From positions 1 to 41,539 of the forward strand of contig CALIGP010000132.1 in the NCBI GenBank assembly GCA_938021455.1: a stretch of 41,539 nt of DNA, read 5' to 3'. The translations under genes and the position numbers were made by a program. Every line of letters starts with the position of its first letter. The stretch's first letter is position 1. The notes below the pieces were generated by a model. That model did not search any database. It saw only the letters and a list, made by a program, of their open reading frames with translations, and was not told the origin of the DNA. This stretch comes from an uncultured Lewinella sp. (GTDB lineage: Bacteria > Bacteroidota > Bacteroidia > Chitinophagales > Saprospiraceae). This document shows, piece by piece, positions 1 to 8,972 of the stretch.

Positions 1-44
1 TGATAAAACCATACTTCTTTGACCTCTTCTTTATTTACTTTCAT
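1..44 (-). CDS. Possible 5' end of a gene running off the window (MKVNKEEVKEVWFY...)
   Basis: ATG at 44-42 on the minus strand after an A-rich leader; frame open to the window edge; only 14 codons visible. Confidence 0.35.
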   Translation of the reverse strand, partial: MKVNKEEVKEVWFY

Positions 45-491
45 GCTAAATGTTTTTTTTAAATTATACCCTATAAATGTGTGACACTATTTATGTGGAT
101 AAATTTGACAGAGATGTTTTTCAATAGTCTCCTTTTAAAAATCGTTGGATGGTCTACATCACAGCCTGCCCCGATCCTTCGGGGGGACTATTTTTAAGAG
201 GGAAATAACTTGTCCCGACGCTTTGATCGGGAGCGGAAAAAATCTTGTCAAAATGTCCAGATAAATAAGGTAACGTACTTATTAACAACAGTTAGACTTT
301 ACCTTAGCCAAAAGGTTTAATGAACAATTAAAATAAAGAAAAATAGGTAAAAATTAAAGGAAAGAAACGGCATACAACATTGTGTAAAACGGTAATAGCG
401 GCTATGCTTCGCTATTGCGTTTACACGATTCCGCTTCCCAATCCACCCTACCATAAAGTTAGGTGTGTATCACGAGATGCAAGGATTAAGG

Positions 492-658
492 CCCCTCGAC
501 TACCATTTCGCTGCGCGGCTGGCTTCGCCGGTCCACTCCCTTCGGTCGGTCGATGTACGCTCGGGGACCTCCCACCTTGAGACCATTCGGTCCCCGAGCG
601 TAGTCGAATGGGTGTGGAGGGCGAAGCGATGCACTGAGCTTGCCGAAGTGTCGAGGGG
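492..658. repeat. Nested REP-like inverted pair; each 23-bp arm interrupted by further REP modules
   Basis: Removing the inserts gives CCCCTCGACTACGCTCGGGGACC and its exact reverse complement GGTCCCCGAGCGTAGTCGAGGGG; 632-650 is identical to 40349-40367. Confidence 0.85.
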
Positions 659-731
659 TAAAATAGCTCAGCTGTGCATTTCGTGATACACACAAAGTTA
701 GTAGAAGTGAAGCCTTAAATGATTTAATCAT

Positions 732-739
732 TAGCTTTG
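732..739 (+). promoter_or_regulatory. Bacteroidota -7 promoter box (TAGCTTTG)
   Basis: Matches TAnnTTTG, 28 nt upstream of ATG 768. Confidence 0.5.
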
Positions 740-767
740 AGCAGTCTAGAAATCACAAAGTCGAAAA

Positions 768-1835
768 ATGCAATTCCCGAAAATTTTCTCTTTCCTGATC
801 CTTGCTCTGGCACTATCCCTAAGCAGTTGCTGGGACCAAGCGAAAAAAATTGCTGATAGTAGTCAGGCCAAAGAACCTGTTACTACCGCAACCAAGTATC
901 CCAGCGATGTCCTCCCTTTTATGGACGAATGGAAAATCTTACTGGGTGACGGCACCAACGTCAAAGACCTTGTTGACTACGCGGACGTGAATTTCTTTTA
1001 CGTGCAGCAGGAAGCAGGAACGGACTGGGTGGTGTATAAGACGCCCAACTCCGGGATAACTTCCCGTACGTCGAGTAATACCAGGTCAGAACTTGGGCAA
1101 AAGGAACATTGGGTGCCGGAGACGGGGGGTAAACTTACGGGTACGCTGAAAGTGATGCACGTGTCCACCAGCGGAGATGCCAGGGTTGCGGCTTCGTTTT
1201 CTGTGGTCGTCGGGCAAATTCATAGTGGCGAAGGGCATGAGAATGAGCCTTTGAAAATCTTCTACAAGAAATTTCCCGGTCATGACAAGGGGTCTTTATT
1301 CTGGAACTACGAGATTAATACCGAAGGAGACAATAAGGAGCGGTGGGACTTCTCTACGGCCATCTGGGGGCATGATATGTCGGTGGTAGGCACGGCGCCG
1401 GATTCGTACCCGGAAGAACCCGCGGATGGTATTGCGCTGGGCGAAGCGTTCAGCTATGAGGTTAATGTCTATGAAGGAATAATGTACCTAACCTTTGAGA
1501 GAGAAGGTCAGGAGCCAAAAACGTATACGAAGAACCTGATTGCTTCCGAATACGTAAACGCTTCCGACGTCCCTCAGCAGGTGCTCACCATGTTTGCTTC
1601 AACGGGGCAGGACGGGACGGAGCAACCGGGAGCCTACACCGGTGAGCTGAATTATTTTAAGCAAGGTGCTTATAACCAAACCAACGGAAAAGACCCCGAG
1701 AAAAACATGGTCTGGAGCACGGGCTCAGAAGTCTATGGTGGAGACATCCCTAAGCAGTACGCTAACGGTAGCTATACGGAGGTATGGTTCCGTGAGGCGA
1801 CGGTAGGAGCGGGGACGAAGCCGGCGGGAAAGTGA
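768..1835 (+). CDS. PL7 alginate lyase lipoprotein, resembling exolytic AlyA5 (PL7 subfamily 5)
   Basis: Lipobox LSSC; PL7 motifs RSELGQ, QIH, YFKQGAYNQ; strong recalled similarity to Zobellia AlyA5. Confidence 0.9.
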   Translation: MQFPKIFSFLILALALSLSSCWDQAKKIADSSQAKEPVTTATKYPSDVLPFMDEWKILLGDGTNVKDLVDYADVNFFYVQQEAGTDWVVYKTPNSGITSRTSSNTRSELGQKEHWVPETGGKLTGTLKVMHVSTSGDARVAASFSVVVGQIHSGEGHENEPLKIFYKKFPGHDKGSLFWNYEINTEGDNKERWDFSTAIWGHDMSVVGTAPDSYPEEPADGIALGEAFSYEVNVYEGIMYLTFEREGQEPKTYTKNLIASEYVNASDVPQQVLTMFASTGQDGTEQPGAYTGELNYFKQGAYNQTNGKDPEKNMVWSTGSEVYGGDIPKQYANGSYTEVWFREATVGAGTKPAGK

Positions 1836-2992
1836 TGAGATCTATTCTCTTACTCCTCCTACTCCGCGGTTCGATTGTTGTTTACGGCCAACGATTTATT
1901 ACCGATGAGTATCCTGTCTTAGACTCCCTTATCGGCGGAGTTTATGGCGAGGCAATTGACTATCAATCGAATAGTCAGGATTTACTATTTGATTTTTACG
2001 AGCCCGCTAATGATACTTTAGCAAAGCGGCCGCTTTTGATCTATATGCACGGTGGAGGGTTTACCTCGGGCTCCAGAACGTACCCCTCCGTCCAGATGCT
2101 GAGCCGAAGGATGGCGAGCAAAGGCTATGCGGTGGCGAACATTGACTACCGACTGGACCCTCGCTTCGAGCTCTACAACTCGAATACAGACAGAAGGGCC
2201 ATGACGGACGCGATGCACGATGCCAAGCAGGCTATTCGATACTTCAAGACAAATGCGAATACGTATAGAATTGATACTTCCCTTGTTTTCATCGGGGGAG
2301 AATCTGCTGGTGCCATGACGGCGATGATGGCTTCCTTTATTGATAAGCCCGCTGAAATGGAGAGCTACCCGATGGCGGAGCCGAATGACCCGGTTGGCAG
2401 TTCCGCCAACCTACAAGTCGGGAATGGAGTAAAAGGCACCCTATGCCTTTGTGGTTGGCTACTGGATACGCTAGCCATTGAACAGCCATCCGATCCTGCG
2501 ATCCTGTGGGCGCACGGAACGGACGATGATTTCATCCCCATTGAGCTGGCTTTTTCGGTGGTTCTGCGAGCTGTTCACGTTGGTCTTCCCATCCAAACGA
2601 AAGTATACGAAGGAGGTGTTCACTGTCCCTGGTACTTCGGTAACCCTAACTGGGAGACTTACCTCGACTCTACGGTTATGGAGATCACTAATTTTCTCTA
2701 TCCCTTGGTTAACGATGCGGTTGTCAGCACCGCAGAAGTTGGTCTTGGTACTGGCGTCTCTATCTACCCCAATCCTTTTGCATCGCGACTGCACATCGAC
2801 TTGCCGACGACGGGATTTAAAACCAGGTTGGCAGTATTCTCTGCTTTTGGCCGCCTTCTGCAGGAAACTTATTCTCGGCCAACGGAGAATAGTATCACCA
2901 TAGATTTAACGGGGGTGAGTCCCGGGGTCTATTTCGTGCTGCTGCAGAATGAATCTGGAAAGGCCGTGAGGAAGGTGGTAAAAGGGAGGTGA
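1835..2992 (+). CDS. Secreted alpha/beta hydrolase (HSL-like carboxylesterase) with T9SS type A C-terminal domain
   Basis: HGGGF oxyanion motif, GESAG nucleophile, HGTDD...H, C-terminal IYPNP...GVYFV...KVVK; start ATG 1835 or GTG 1832, overlapping the PL7 stop. Confidence 0.85.
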   Translation: MRSILLLLLLRGSIVVYGQRFITDEYPVLDSLIGGVYGEAIDYQSNSQDLLFDFYEPANDTLAKRPLLIYMHGGGFTSGSRTYPSVQMLSRRMASKGYAVANIDYRLDPRFELYNSNTDRRAMTDAMHDAKQAIRYFKTNANTYRIDTSLVFIGGESAGAMTAMMASFIDKPAEMESYPMAEPNDPVGSSANLQVGNGVKGTLCLCGWLLDTLAIEQPSDPAILWAHGTDDDFIPIELAFSVVLRAVHVGLPIQTKVYEGGVHCPWYFGNPNWETYLDSTVMEITNFLYPLVNDAVVSTAEVGLGTGVSIYPNPFASRLHIDLPTTGFKTRLAVFSAFGRLLQETYSRPTENSITIDLTGVSPGVYFVLLQNESGKAVRKVVKGR

Positions 2993-3026
2993 AAAAGATC
3001 GTTTGAGCTAGCCTACAACAAGGAAC

Positions 3027-3812
3027 ATGAGTAGAAAAAAACTAGTCTTTATTTCAGGCTTGCACCGGAGTGGAACGTCCGTTTTGCACAGAATTATTGG
3101 TTCGTCAAACCAGGTGTCTACATTTAGCAATACCGGTGTTCCTGAAGATGAGGGACAGCATCTGCAAAGTGTGTTTAAGGCCGCGAAGCATTTTGGAGGA
3201 GCGGGAAAATTTGCCTTTGATACTGGCGCAAGGCTGGATGAAAACAGTCCGTTGATTTCTCCAGAGAATAAAGAGAAACTACTAGGTGAATGGCGTGAAT
3301 ATTGGGAGGAGGACAAACCTGTTTGGCTGGAAAAATCGCCCCCCAATATTATAAGAATGCGCTTTCTACAAAAGCTTTTTCCAGAAGCCTACTTCGTAAC
3401 TATTGTTCGTCATCCAATTGCGGTTTCAATGGCTACACAAAAGTGGAGCCAAACATCTTTAGGTGAACTCATCAGGCATTGGATTGTGGCGCATGATATA
3501 TACAAAACGGATAGGCCTGAAATCAGGAACGAAATATTCTTTAGCTATGAGCAGATGGTCCGATCTCCCCAAAGCATCATAAAAGCGCTAGAGTCTTTTT
3601 TGGACATACAAATAGCGTATGGGGATGATCTTGTTAATCATAATGAGAAATATCTCCAGGAGTGGACGCAAGTTGAAGCCTGGCGATGGCTGAAAAATAG
3701 AGAGAGAAGGAATAGTGAGAAGAAGTATGAGGCTTCAGTCAATGGCTTCGGGTATAGTTTGGTTGATTTTGATAAATTCCCAGTACTGGAAGTGAGGAAA
3801 GCGAGCCAATAG
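3027..3812 (+). CDS. Sulfotransferase family protein
   Basis: 5'-PSB loop GLHRSGTS, EKSP, IVRHPIAV.S (3'-PB), SYE motif. Confidence 0.85.
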   Translation: MSRKKLVFISGLHRSGTSVLHRIIGSSNQVSTFSNTGVPEDEGQHLQSVFKAAKHFGGAGKFAFDTGARLDENSPLISPENKEKLLGEWREYWEEDKPVWLEKSPPNIIRMRFLQKLFPEAYFVTIVRHPIAVSMATQKWSQTSLGELIRHWIVAHDIYKTDRPEIRNEIFFSYEQMVRSPQSIIKALESFLDIQIAYGDDLVNHNEKYLQEWTQVEAWRWLKNRERRNSEKKYEASVNGFGYSLVDFDKFPVLEVRKASQ

Positions 3813-3816
3813 CTGT

Positions 3817-3960
3817 GTGCTAAAGGTGAAGCTTAATCCAATCATCATTGGGGAGGAAGTCCGGCTGTTCGGATCTTCACCGACTAAAGTAACCGACCAG
3901 CTGGTGGAGTGGGAATCCTTTGCGGATGTGCTGCGAATATTGACTTATGAAGTGAAGTAA
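3817..3960 (+). pseudogene. Probable 3' remnant of a dihydrofolate reductase-like (RibD C-terminal domain) gene
   Basis: Hand translation VLKVKLNPIIIGEEVRLFGSS...SFADVLRILTYEVK* resembles the 'L..NP..LG.G..LF...Y' C-terminus; N-terminal part absent. Confidence 0.5.
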
Positions 3961-4031
3961 AGGCATAGGCTATTTGTCCTTTCTACGCAAAGAGAAAAGT
4001 CTACTAGAAAACCAGCCTTATGAAAATTTGA

Positions 4032-4463
4032 TTACACCAACTTCACGTCTAGTGCAATGGGCCCTTTGGGGCCTTTCCCTACCTCAAAAGTTACTTTGTC
4101 GTGTTCCTTGATGGGGCCAGAGAGATTATCTATGTGGACAAAATAACTTTCGCCCGAATCCTTCTCTTCAATAAAGCCGTAGCCTTTTTCGGTGTTGAAG
4201 AACTTGACGGCACCCGTCTTGGTAAACTTGGAGTCAGAAGACTTACCCGTTCTTCGTGTACTGATCTCGATGTCTTCGATTTCGGTCCTTTTACTGGGGT
4301 CGAAAGTTGGCTTCTCAGCGGTTAAGTTGCCGTCTTCGCCCACATACATGAACTCAAGCGGCTTAGTGTTGCTTGATTTCTTTTGCTCTCTTTTTTCCGC
4401 CTTATCTCTTTTTCTTTTCTGCCGTTTTTTCTCGCGTTCTTTTTTGTTAAAACTATCTGCCAT
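4032..4463 (-). CDS. Cold-shock domain protein with basic N-terminal extension (Bacteroidota type)
   Basis: GAVKFFNTEKGYGFI (RNP1), YFVHI (RNP2), GPKGPIA; start MADSFNKKERE at ATG 4463. Confidence 0.9.
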   Translation of the reverse strand: MADSFNKKEREKKRQKRKRDKAEKREQKKSSNTKPLEFMYVGEDGNLTAEKPTFDPSKRTEIEDIEISTRRTGKSSDSKFTKTGAVKFFNTEKGYGFIEEKDSGESYFVHIDNLSGPIKEHDKVTFEVGKGPKGPIALDVKLV

Positions 4464-4673
4464 TATCAATTTTGGTTTTTATTGGAGAATTCAAACAGTT
4501 ATAAAGCAAGGCTGGTTTAAAAATTTGTTGGAAAATCGCTTAAACTACCATCGGAAACAACTTTTGGACGCCGAAGGTAGGCAATTCCAGAGGAAGAATG
4601 GCCTTAGGGTGGCCCTGGTGTGTACACGAGATGCACAAACGAGCTGATTCTAACTATCCCAACTCCCTAACGA

Positions 4674-4739
4674 GCATTCAGTGGACAGCATTCAGGCTGC
4701 ATTGCCCTAGATGCTTAATGCTGAACACTGAACGCTGAA
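4674..4739. repeat. Inverted pair of degenerate heptamer tandem repeats
   Basis: GCATTCA-GTGGACA-GCATTCA facing TGCTTAA-TGCTGAA-CACTGAA-CGCTGAA. Confidence 0.65.
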
Positions 4740-5005
4740 ATTCTTGTCAATAAAGGTTCATCTGGTACCTGATTGTGCATTTGGTGATACACACCTTTAC
4801 ATTTATGCCCAGCTACAATCTTTTAGGAAAGGCTATCTTTGATAATGGGTTAGAGATTTCAATACAGTAAGTCTTTTTTGGCTGTTTTGCTTTTACCGGT
4901 ACCGATCTTCTGACCAGAAATATCTCGGCCTGCTTAGCGCCGCGCATTTTTTGCCACTCTGCTTTGGGTATAGCTCTAACTTGGATAACACAATCTCTAC
5001 TACGA

Positions 5006-6595
5006 ATGAGAAGACTTCATTTTTTTATGCTTTTACTCACCTTTAACTGTGGAGGGGTATTACAAGCGCAATACAACTCAACGGACTTTTTAGAGGTTGG
5101 AGATTCTATCCTTTTGTCAACAACTGGTGCTGGCCTCTTGGACCTGGATATTGATACTGCCGGGACGGCTGTACTTTGGGACTTCAGCTCCCTTGAAGCC
5201 CAAAGTCAGACTCTGAACCGATTTAGTGCTGCTGAGTCTTTTGGTTACAGGTTTGCCTGGTGCCTTGAGAACAGACTGCTGTTTACTTGTAATGAAGATT
5301 TTGACAACCTTACGAATATGGGAGTATCCCGTACGGACACAATCACTATTGGTGGGTTTGGAACTCAAAATAGCGTAGATCACTATAAAAAAACATCGGA
5401 TGCTTTTGTGCTTACGATGACGGCATTTGAGGTCAATATTGGTTTGCCTTTACCTCTGATCAATGAATACGTTGAAAAAGACACGCTTTACCGCTTTCCG
5501 GTAGTTTTTGGCGACGAATATGAGACTACCAACCTGGTTTCAAACGATCTTACGGCTCTAGGGGTGCCCTTTAAGAATACGCGACGACAAATAAAGCAAC
5601 ACCGCGTGGATGGGCAGGGAACGTTGGTGACTCCCTTCGGTACTTATACGGATGTGGTGAGATTGAAAGTTAGCATTACGACTTACGATACTACTTTTCT
5701 TGACACACTGGTAACTCCTATCATTACAGAAACGGTTGAGTACAAATGGTTTTCTCCTCAATTAGGTTACCCTGTTTGTGAAGCTTTTGGAAATGTGCTG
5801 TTGGGGGATGAGCTCATCACCAGTATGCAATACATTGATTCAAGCAGGTGTATTGCGCCAAGGGCTTTGTTTGGCTACTTTCCGATATTTCCTGAAATCG
5901 ATTCAAGCAGCGGAGTGGCAGAAGTTAGTTTAATTAACCGGAGTGCCAACTCAAATTCATATGAGTGGGACTTTGGAAATGGTGCTGGCAGTATGGACCC
6001 TTCACCGGTTGCCACGTTTAATTGCGAAGGGCAAGCAATTATCTCATTAATCGCCGGGAATAGCTGTAACCTGGACCTTTTGGACACACTCCTTTTGCCC
6101 ATCTTTATTGGTGATGCATCGGGTGTAGTGCAAATAGATACTTCTTTGTTTTTTAGCGGAGATACCATTTTTACAAATGATATCGGTTTTGATGAAATTG
6201 CTTGGATTGACTGTGAAACAGATGAAGTTATGGATACGGGGAATAGCTTTTTTATCCCACCAGTAGAGGGCACATACCGGGCCGAGATCAAAAAGTTTAA
6301 TTGTACGAAAAGCTCCGCATGTGTTCAGGCAGAATTATCGACGAGCACGTATAACGGGGAAGCACACACCAGAGCGTATTCTGTTTATCCCAATCCTGTT
6401 TCTAATTCCTTTGAGGTAGTGCCCAAGGGAAATATAAAGTCATTGCAATTGATTGATTTTCAAGGAAGGGTAATCCAGCGTTATTCCAGGGGAGATGATC
6501 TTGCAATTCCGGCTGGCGTCCTGGCGGGTATCTACCTTTTGAGGATGGAAGAAAGCGATGGGAAGGTGTTTTATGTCAGGGTGATAAAGCACTAA
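5006..6595 (+). CDS. T9SS type A cargo protein with PKD domain
   Basis: Signal peptide from ATG 5006 (MRRLHFF...LQAQ); YEWDFGNG PKD motif; C-terminal VYPNP...GIYLL...VIK. Confidence 0.8.
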   Translation: MRRLHFFMLLLTFNCGGVLQAQYNSTDFLEVGDSILLSTTGAGLLDLDIDTAGTAVLWDFSSLEAQSQTLNRFSAAESFGYRFAWCLENRLLFTCNEDFDNLTNMGVSRTDTITIGGFGTQNSVDHYKKTSDAFVLTMTAFEVNIGLPLPLINEYVEKDTLYRFPVVFGDEYETTNLVSNDLTALGVPFKNTRRQIKQHRVDGQGTLVTPFGTYTDVVRLKVSITTYDTTFLDTLVTPIITETVEYKWFSPQLGYPVCEAFGNVLLGDELITSMQYIDSSRCIAPRALFGYFPIFPEIDSSSGVAEVSLINRSANSNSYEWDFGNGAGSMDPSPVATFNCEGQAIISLIAGNSCNLDLLDTLLLPIFIGDASGVVQIDTSLFFSGDTIFTNDIGFDEIAWIDCETDEVMDTGNSFFIPPVEGTYRAEIKKFNCTKSSACVQAELSTSTYNGEAHTRAYSVYPNPVSNSFEVVPKGNIKSLQLIDFQGRVIQRYSRGDDLAIPAGVLAGIYLLRMEESDGKVFYVRVIKH

Positions 6596-6653
6596 ACGCT
6601 AAAGATTACCGGAAGGATACGATGGTTCTATCACGGCTCTTTTAGCCCTCCTT

Positions 6654-6672
6654 TGCACCTGCGTTTGCGCCC
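6654..6672 (+). repeat. Dispersed TGCACCTGCG-N3-GCGCCC motif, copy 1
   Basis: TGCACCTGCG TTT GCGCCC. Confidence 0.85.
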
Positions 6673-6732
6673 AGATCCCGCACGCCGTTTTACTCGGTCA
6701 ACTAACGTCCAGATTGGATTCATTTTGCTCCG

Positions 6733-6740
6733 TACCTTTG
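6733..6740 (+). promoter_or_regulatory. Bacteroidota -7 promoter box (TACCTTTG)
   Basis: TAnnTTTG 24 nt upstream of ATG 6765. Confidence 0.55.
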
Positions 6741-6764
6741 GCCTAACCCCTACGTTATAATATT

Positions 6765-8630
6765 ATGCGCTTAAAACCTTCTCGAATTATTGCGGGCTTT
6801 TGCCTGCTTCTTCTACCTATTTGGCTAACCGCTCAAGGCTGCACGGGTAACCTGGGAGAGAACATTTTTACGGAAGGTGACTTTGGTTCCGGAACGGCTA
6901 ACATCCTGACGGTGGATCCACTAATCGCTCCAGGCTTCATTTATCAGCGCAACCCGCCGCCAAATGACGGCTTTTATACCATCACTAATGATATGCGCCG
7001 TTGGGCCGGCACGTTCCCGACCTGGACGGCCTTTGCTGACAATAGTAGCGACCCAAATGGCTACATGATGGTGGTCAATGCCGCCTTTCAACCGGGGAAG
7101 TTCTACGAGCAAGTAGTAACGGGGCTGTGCGAGAACACAGAGTACCAATTCACGGCTGATGTACGTAACATCCTACGAAGAGGTACGAACGGCCTGACAC
7201 CAAATGTGTCCTTTTCTATTGATGACGTGACCCAGTTTACAACCGGCCCCGTACCGGAAAATGAAGTGTGGAACACCTATGGTTTTTCCTTTGCTACGGC
7301 GCCTGGACAAACGACAGTCACCCTCGCTTTGAGTAATAACGCCCCGGGCGGCTTTGGCAATGACCTGGCGATTGACAATATCAGCTTCCGAGCCTGCGGC
7401 CCGGAGGCCCGCATTGCCGGTGCCGAAAACATCAGTATCTGCGAAGACGGCGCCCCGACTACGCTGACGGCCACGATCAACGGGGATGAATACGACAGCC
7501 CGGCTTTTCAATGGCAGCAAAGTTTCGATGAAGGTATGACCTGGGACAACCTGCCCGGGGAGAACGCAATGACCTATGTGCTAGACAGCCGCGCCAGCGG
7601 TTTTTATTACTACCGCTACTTGCTGGCCAACGGACCGGTGAACCTGAGTAACTCCAAATGTCGGGTGGTCTCGAATGTGAAGGTTGTGTTCGTTGTACCG
7701 AAACGCTACGAGATTATTGACACTCTTTGCGCGGGGCTTTCTTTTGCCGTTGACCAAAGTGTGTACGATCGGACGGGCGTATTTGTAGACACCTTGCTTT
7801 CTTCTCTCGGCTGTGATAGCATTGTGACATTGCGCCTGGAGGTTGTGCCTGACCCTGGCTTGCTGGCTAGCTTCCGTATTCAGCCGCCCAGCTGCAGCGA
7901 CCGCTCTGATGGCGAAGCCCAATTACTGGGCGTAGCTAATGGCGTTGGGCCCTTCGCGCTAACTTTTTTAGATACGCTACAATCACCTTCGCGAGTATTT
8001 ACCGGCTTGGCCGAAGCAAGTTATCCTTTCCGGGTGGTTGATCGGTACGGCTGTGTAGATGAAGGGAGCATTAGTCTGGTGAGCCCCTTCCCTTTCACGG
8101 TTGATCTGGGGGATGACCAAACGGTTAAGTTGGGAGACCTGGCTCAGGTTCTGGTAATGACACAGGATACGGTAGCTAGCTATCAGTATATCCCGGACCC
8201 AGGCTTTGATTGTAGCCCAAACTGTGATGACTTTTCCTTTATTCCAGAAAACACCTTTACACTGCGGCTGGCTGCGGTGTCCGTAAACGGCTGTGAGGCG
8301 TCGGACTCCGTCCGTATCCGGGTTGTTAAAGAAAGAAAGGTCTACCTGCCAACGGCCTTCTCTCCGGACGGAGACGGAGTCAACGATCGTTTTACCATTT
8401 TTGGCGGTGTGCCAAACGTAACGGCGGTGCAACGGCTGGAAATTTTTGATCGTTGGGGAGGGAGTGTCTTCCTGCGAGAGAACCAGTTGCCCAACGACCC
8501 AGCCGGCGGCTGGGACGGACTGATAGACGGCGAGGCTGCTCCCGCCGGTGCTTACTACTTCACCGCAGAACTATTGTTCGTGGATGGAGAGACACTTCCT
8601 TATCGAGGGAGTTTGGTGTTGGTTAGGTAA
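6765..8630 (+). CDS. T9SS type B (gliding motility-associated C-terminal domain) secreted protein
   Basis: Signal peptide; GNDLAIDNISF lectin-like domain; GCDS repeat; C-terminal PTAFSPDGDGVNDRF...IFDRWG...GWDG...G.Y. Confidence 0.88.
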   Translation: MRLKPSRIIAGFCLLLLPIWLTAQGCTGNLGENIFTEGDFGSGTANILTVDPLIAPGFIYQRNPPPNDGFYTITNDMRRWAGTFPTWTAFADNSSDPNGYMMVVNAAFQPGKFYEQVVTGLCENTEYQFTADVRNILRRGTNGLTPNVSFSIDDVTQFTTGPVPENEVWNTYGFSFATAPGQTTVTLALSNNAPGGFGNDLAIDNISFRACGPEARIAGAENISICEDGAPTTLTATINGDEYDSPAFQWQQSFDEGMTWDNLPGENAMTYVLDSRASGFYYYRYLLANGPVNLSNSKCRVVSNVKVVFVVPKRYEIIDTLCAGLSFAVDQSVYDRTGVFVDTLLSSLGCDSIVTLRLEVVPDPGLLASFRIQPPSCSDRSDGEAQLLGVANGVGPFALTFLDTLQSPSRVFTGLAEASYPFRVVDRYGCVDEGSISLVSPFPFTVDLGDDQTVKLGDLAQVLVMTQDTVASYQYIPDPGFDCSPNCDDFSFIPENTFTLRLAAVSVNGCEASDSVRIRVVKERKVYLPTAFSPDGDGVNDRFTIFGGVPNVTAVQRLEIFDRWGGSVFLRENQLPNDPAGGWDGLIDGEAAPAGAYYFTAELLFVDGETLPYRGSLVLVR

Positions 8631-8656
8631 AAAATATGACCCGCTACGCTGTAAGC

Positions 8657-8758
8657 CTCCATGAGCCTCTGTGATTACCTCTGCGTACCTCAGGGGTTAA
8701 TTATTGTGGCTTCTTTTTCCCGTAATTTCTGTTTGAGAATTTCCCGCTGCGCAACAGC
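8657..8758. repeat. Single degenerate copy of the CTCTGTG...GTTAA / CCCGCTGCGCAGCAGC repeat unit
   Basis: CCTCTGTGATTACCTCTGCG is identical to 18901-18920; followed by CCCGCTGCGCAACAGC. Confidence 0.75.
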
Positions 8759-8900
8759 TCTTCAAAGAGCGCGGTGCTTGCTTTTCTCATAGGGAAGGAA
8801 ACGTCTGATTCTCCTGCTATATGAGGGTATTGATAAAACACTCTTTTCTAAAACAGCGAAAAAAAAAGGTTGAAAAGCCGTGAACAATATTAAAATTCTG

Positions 8901-8955
8901 TACTTTTGATAGTAGGCTAGCATAGTGTAGCACAGATGAGATTGCAGTAGCACAG
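8901..8955 (+). promoter_or_regulatory. -7 box plus phased direct repeats; putative GntR operator
   Basis: TACTTTTG at 8901; TAGCA(T/C)AG at 8918, 8928 and 8948 (10-bp phase). Confidence 0.55.
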
Positions 8956-8972
8956 CCTGATATTAAAGCTTA

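Noticed and set aside
96-263. Weak inverted similarity GGATAAATTTGACA / TGTCAAAATGTCC
   Set aside because: Short, imperfect and in AT-rich DNA; could be chance
380-731. Four short overlapping ORFs
   Set aside because: They are translations of the REP mosaic (e.g. STLRQAQ, TELAEV), with no protein-like features
1577-1584. GCAGGTGC, plus similar partial cores near 15708, 19263 and 29023
   Set aside because: They lack the full core or the GCGCC box, so they were not counted as motif copies
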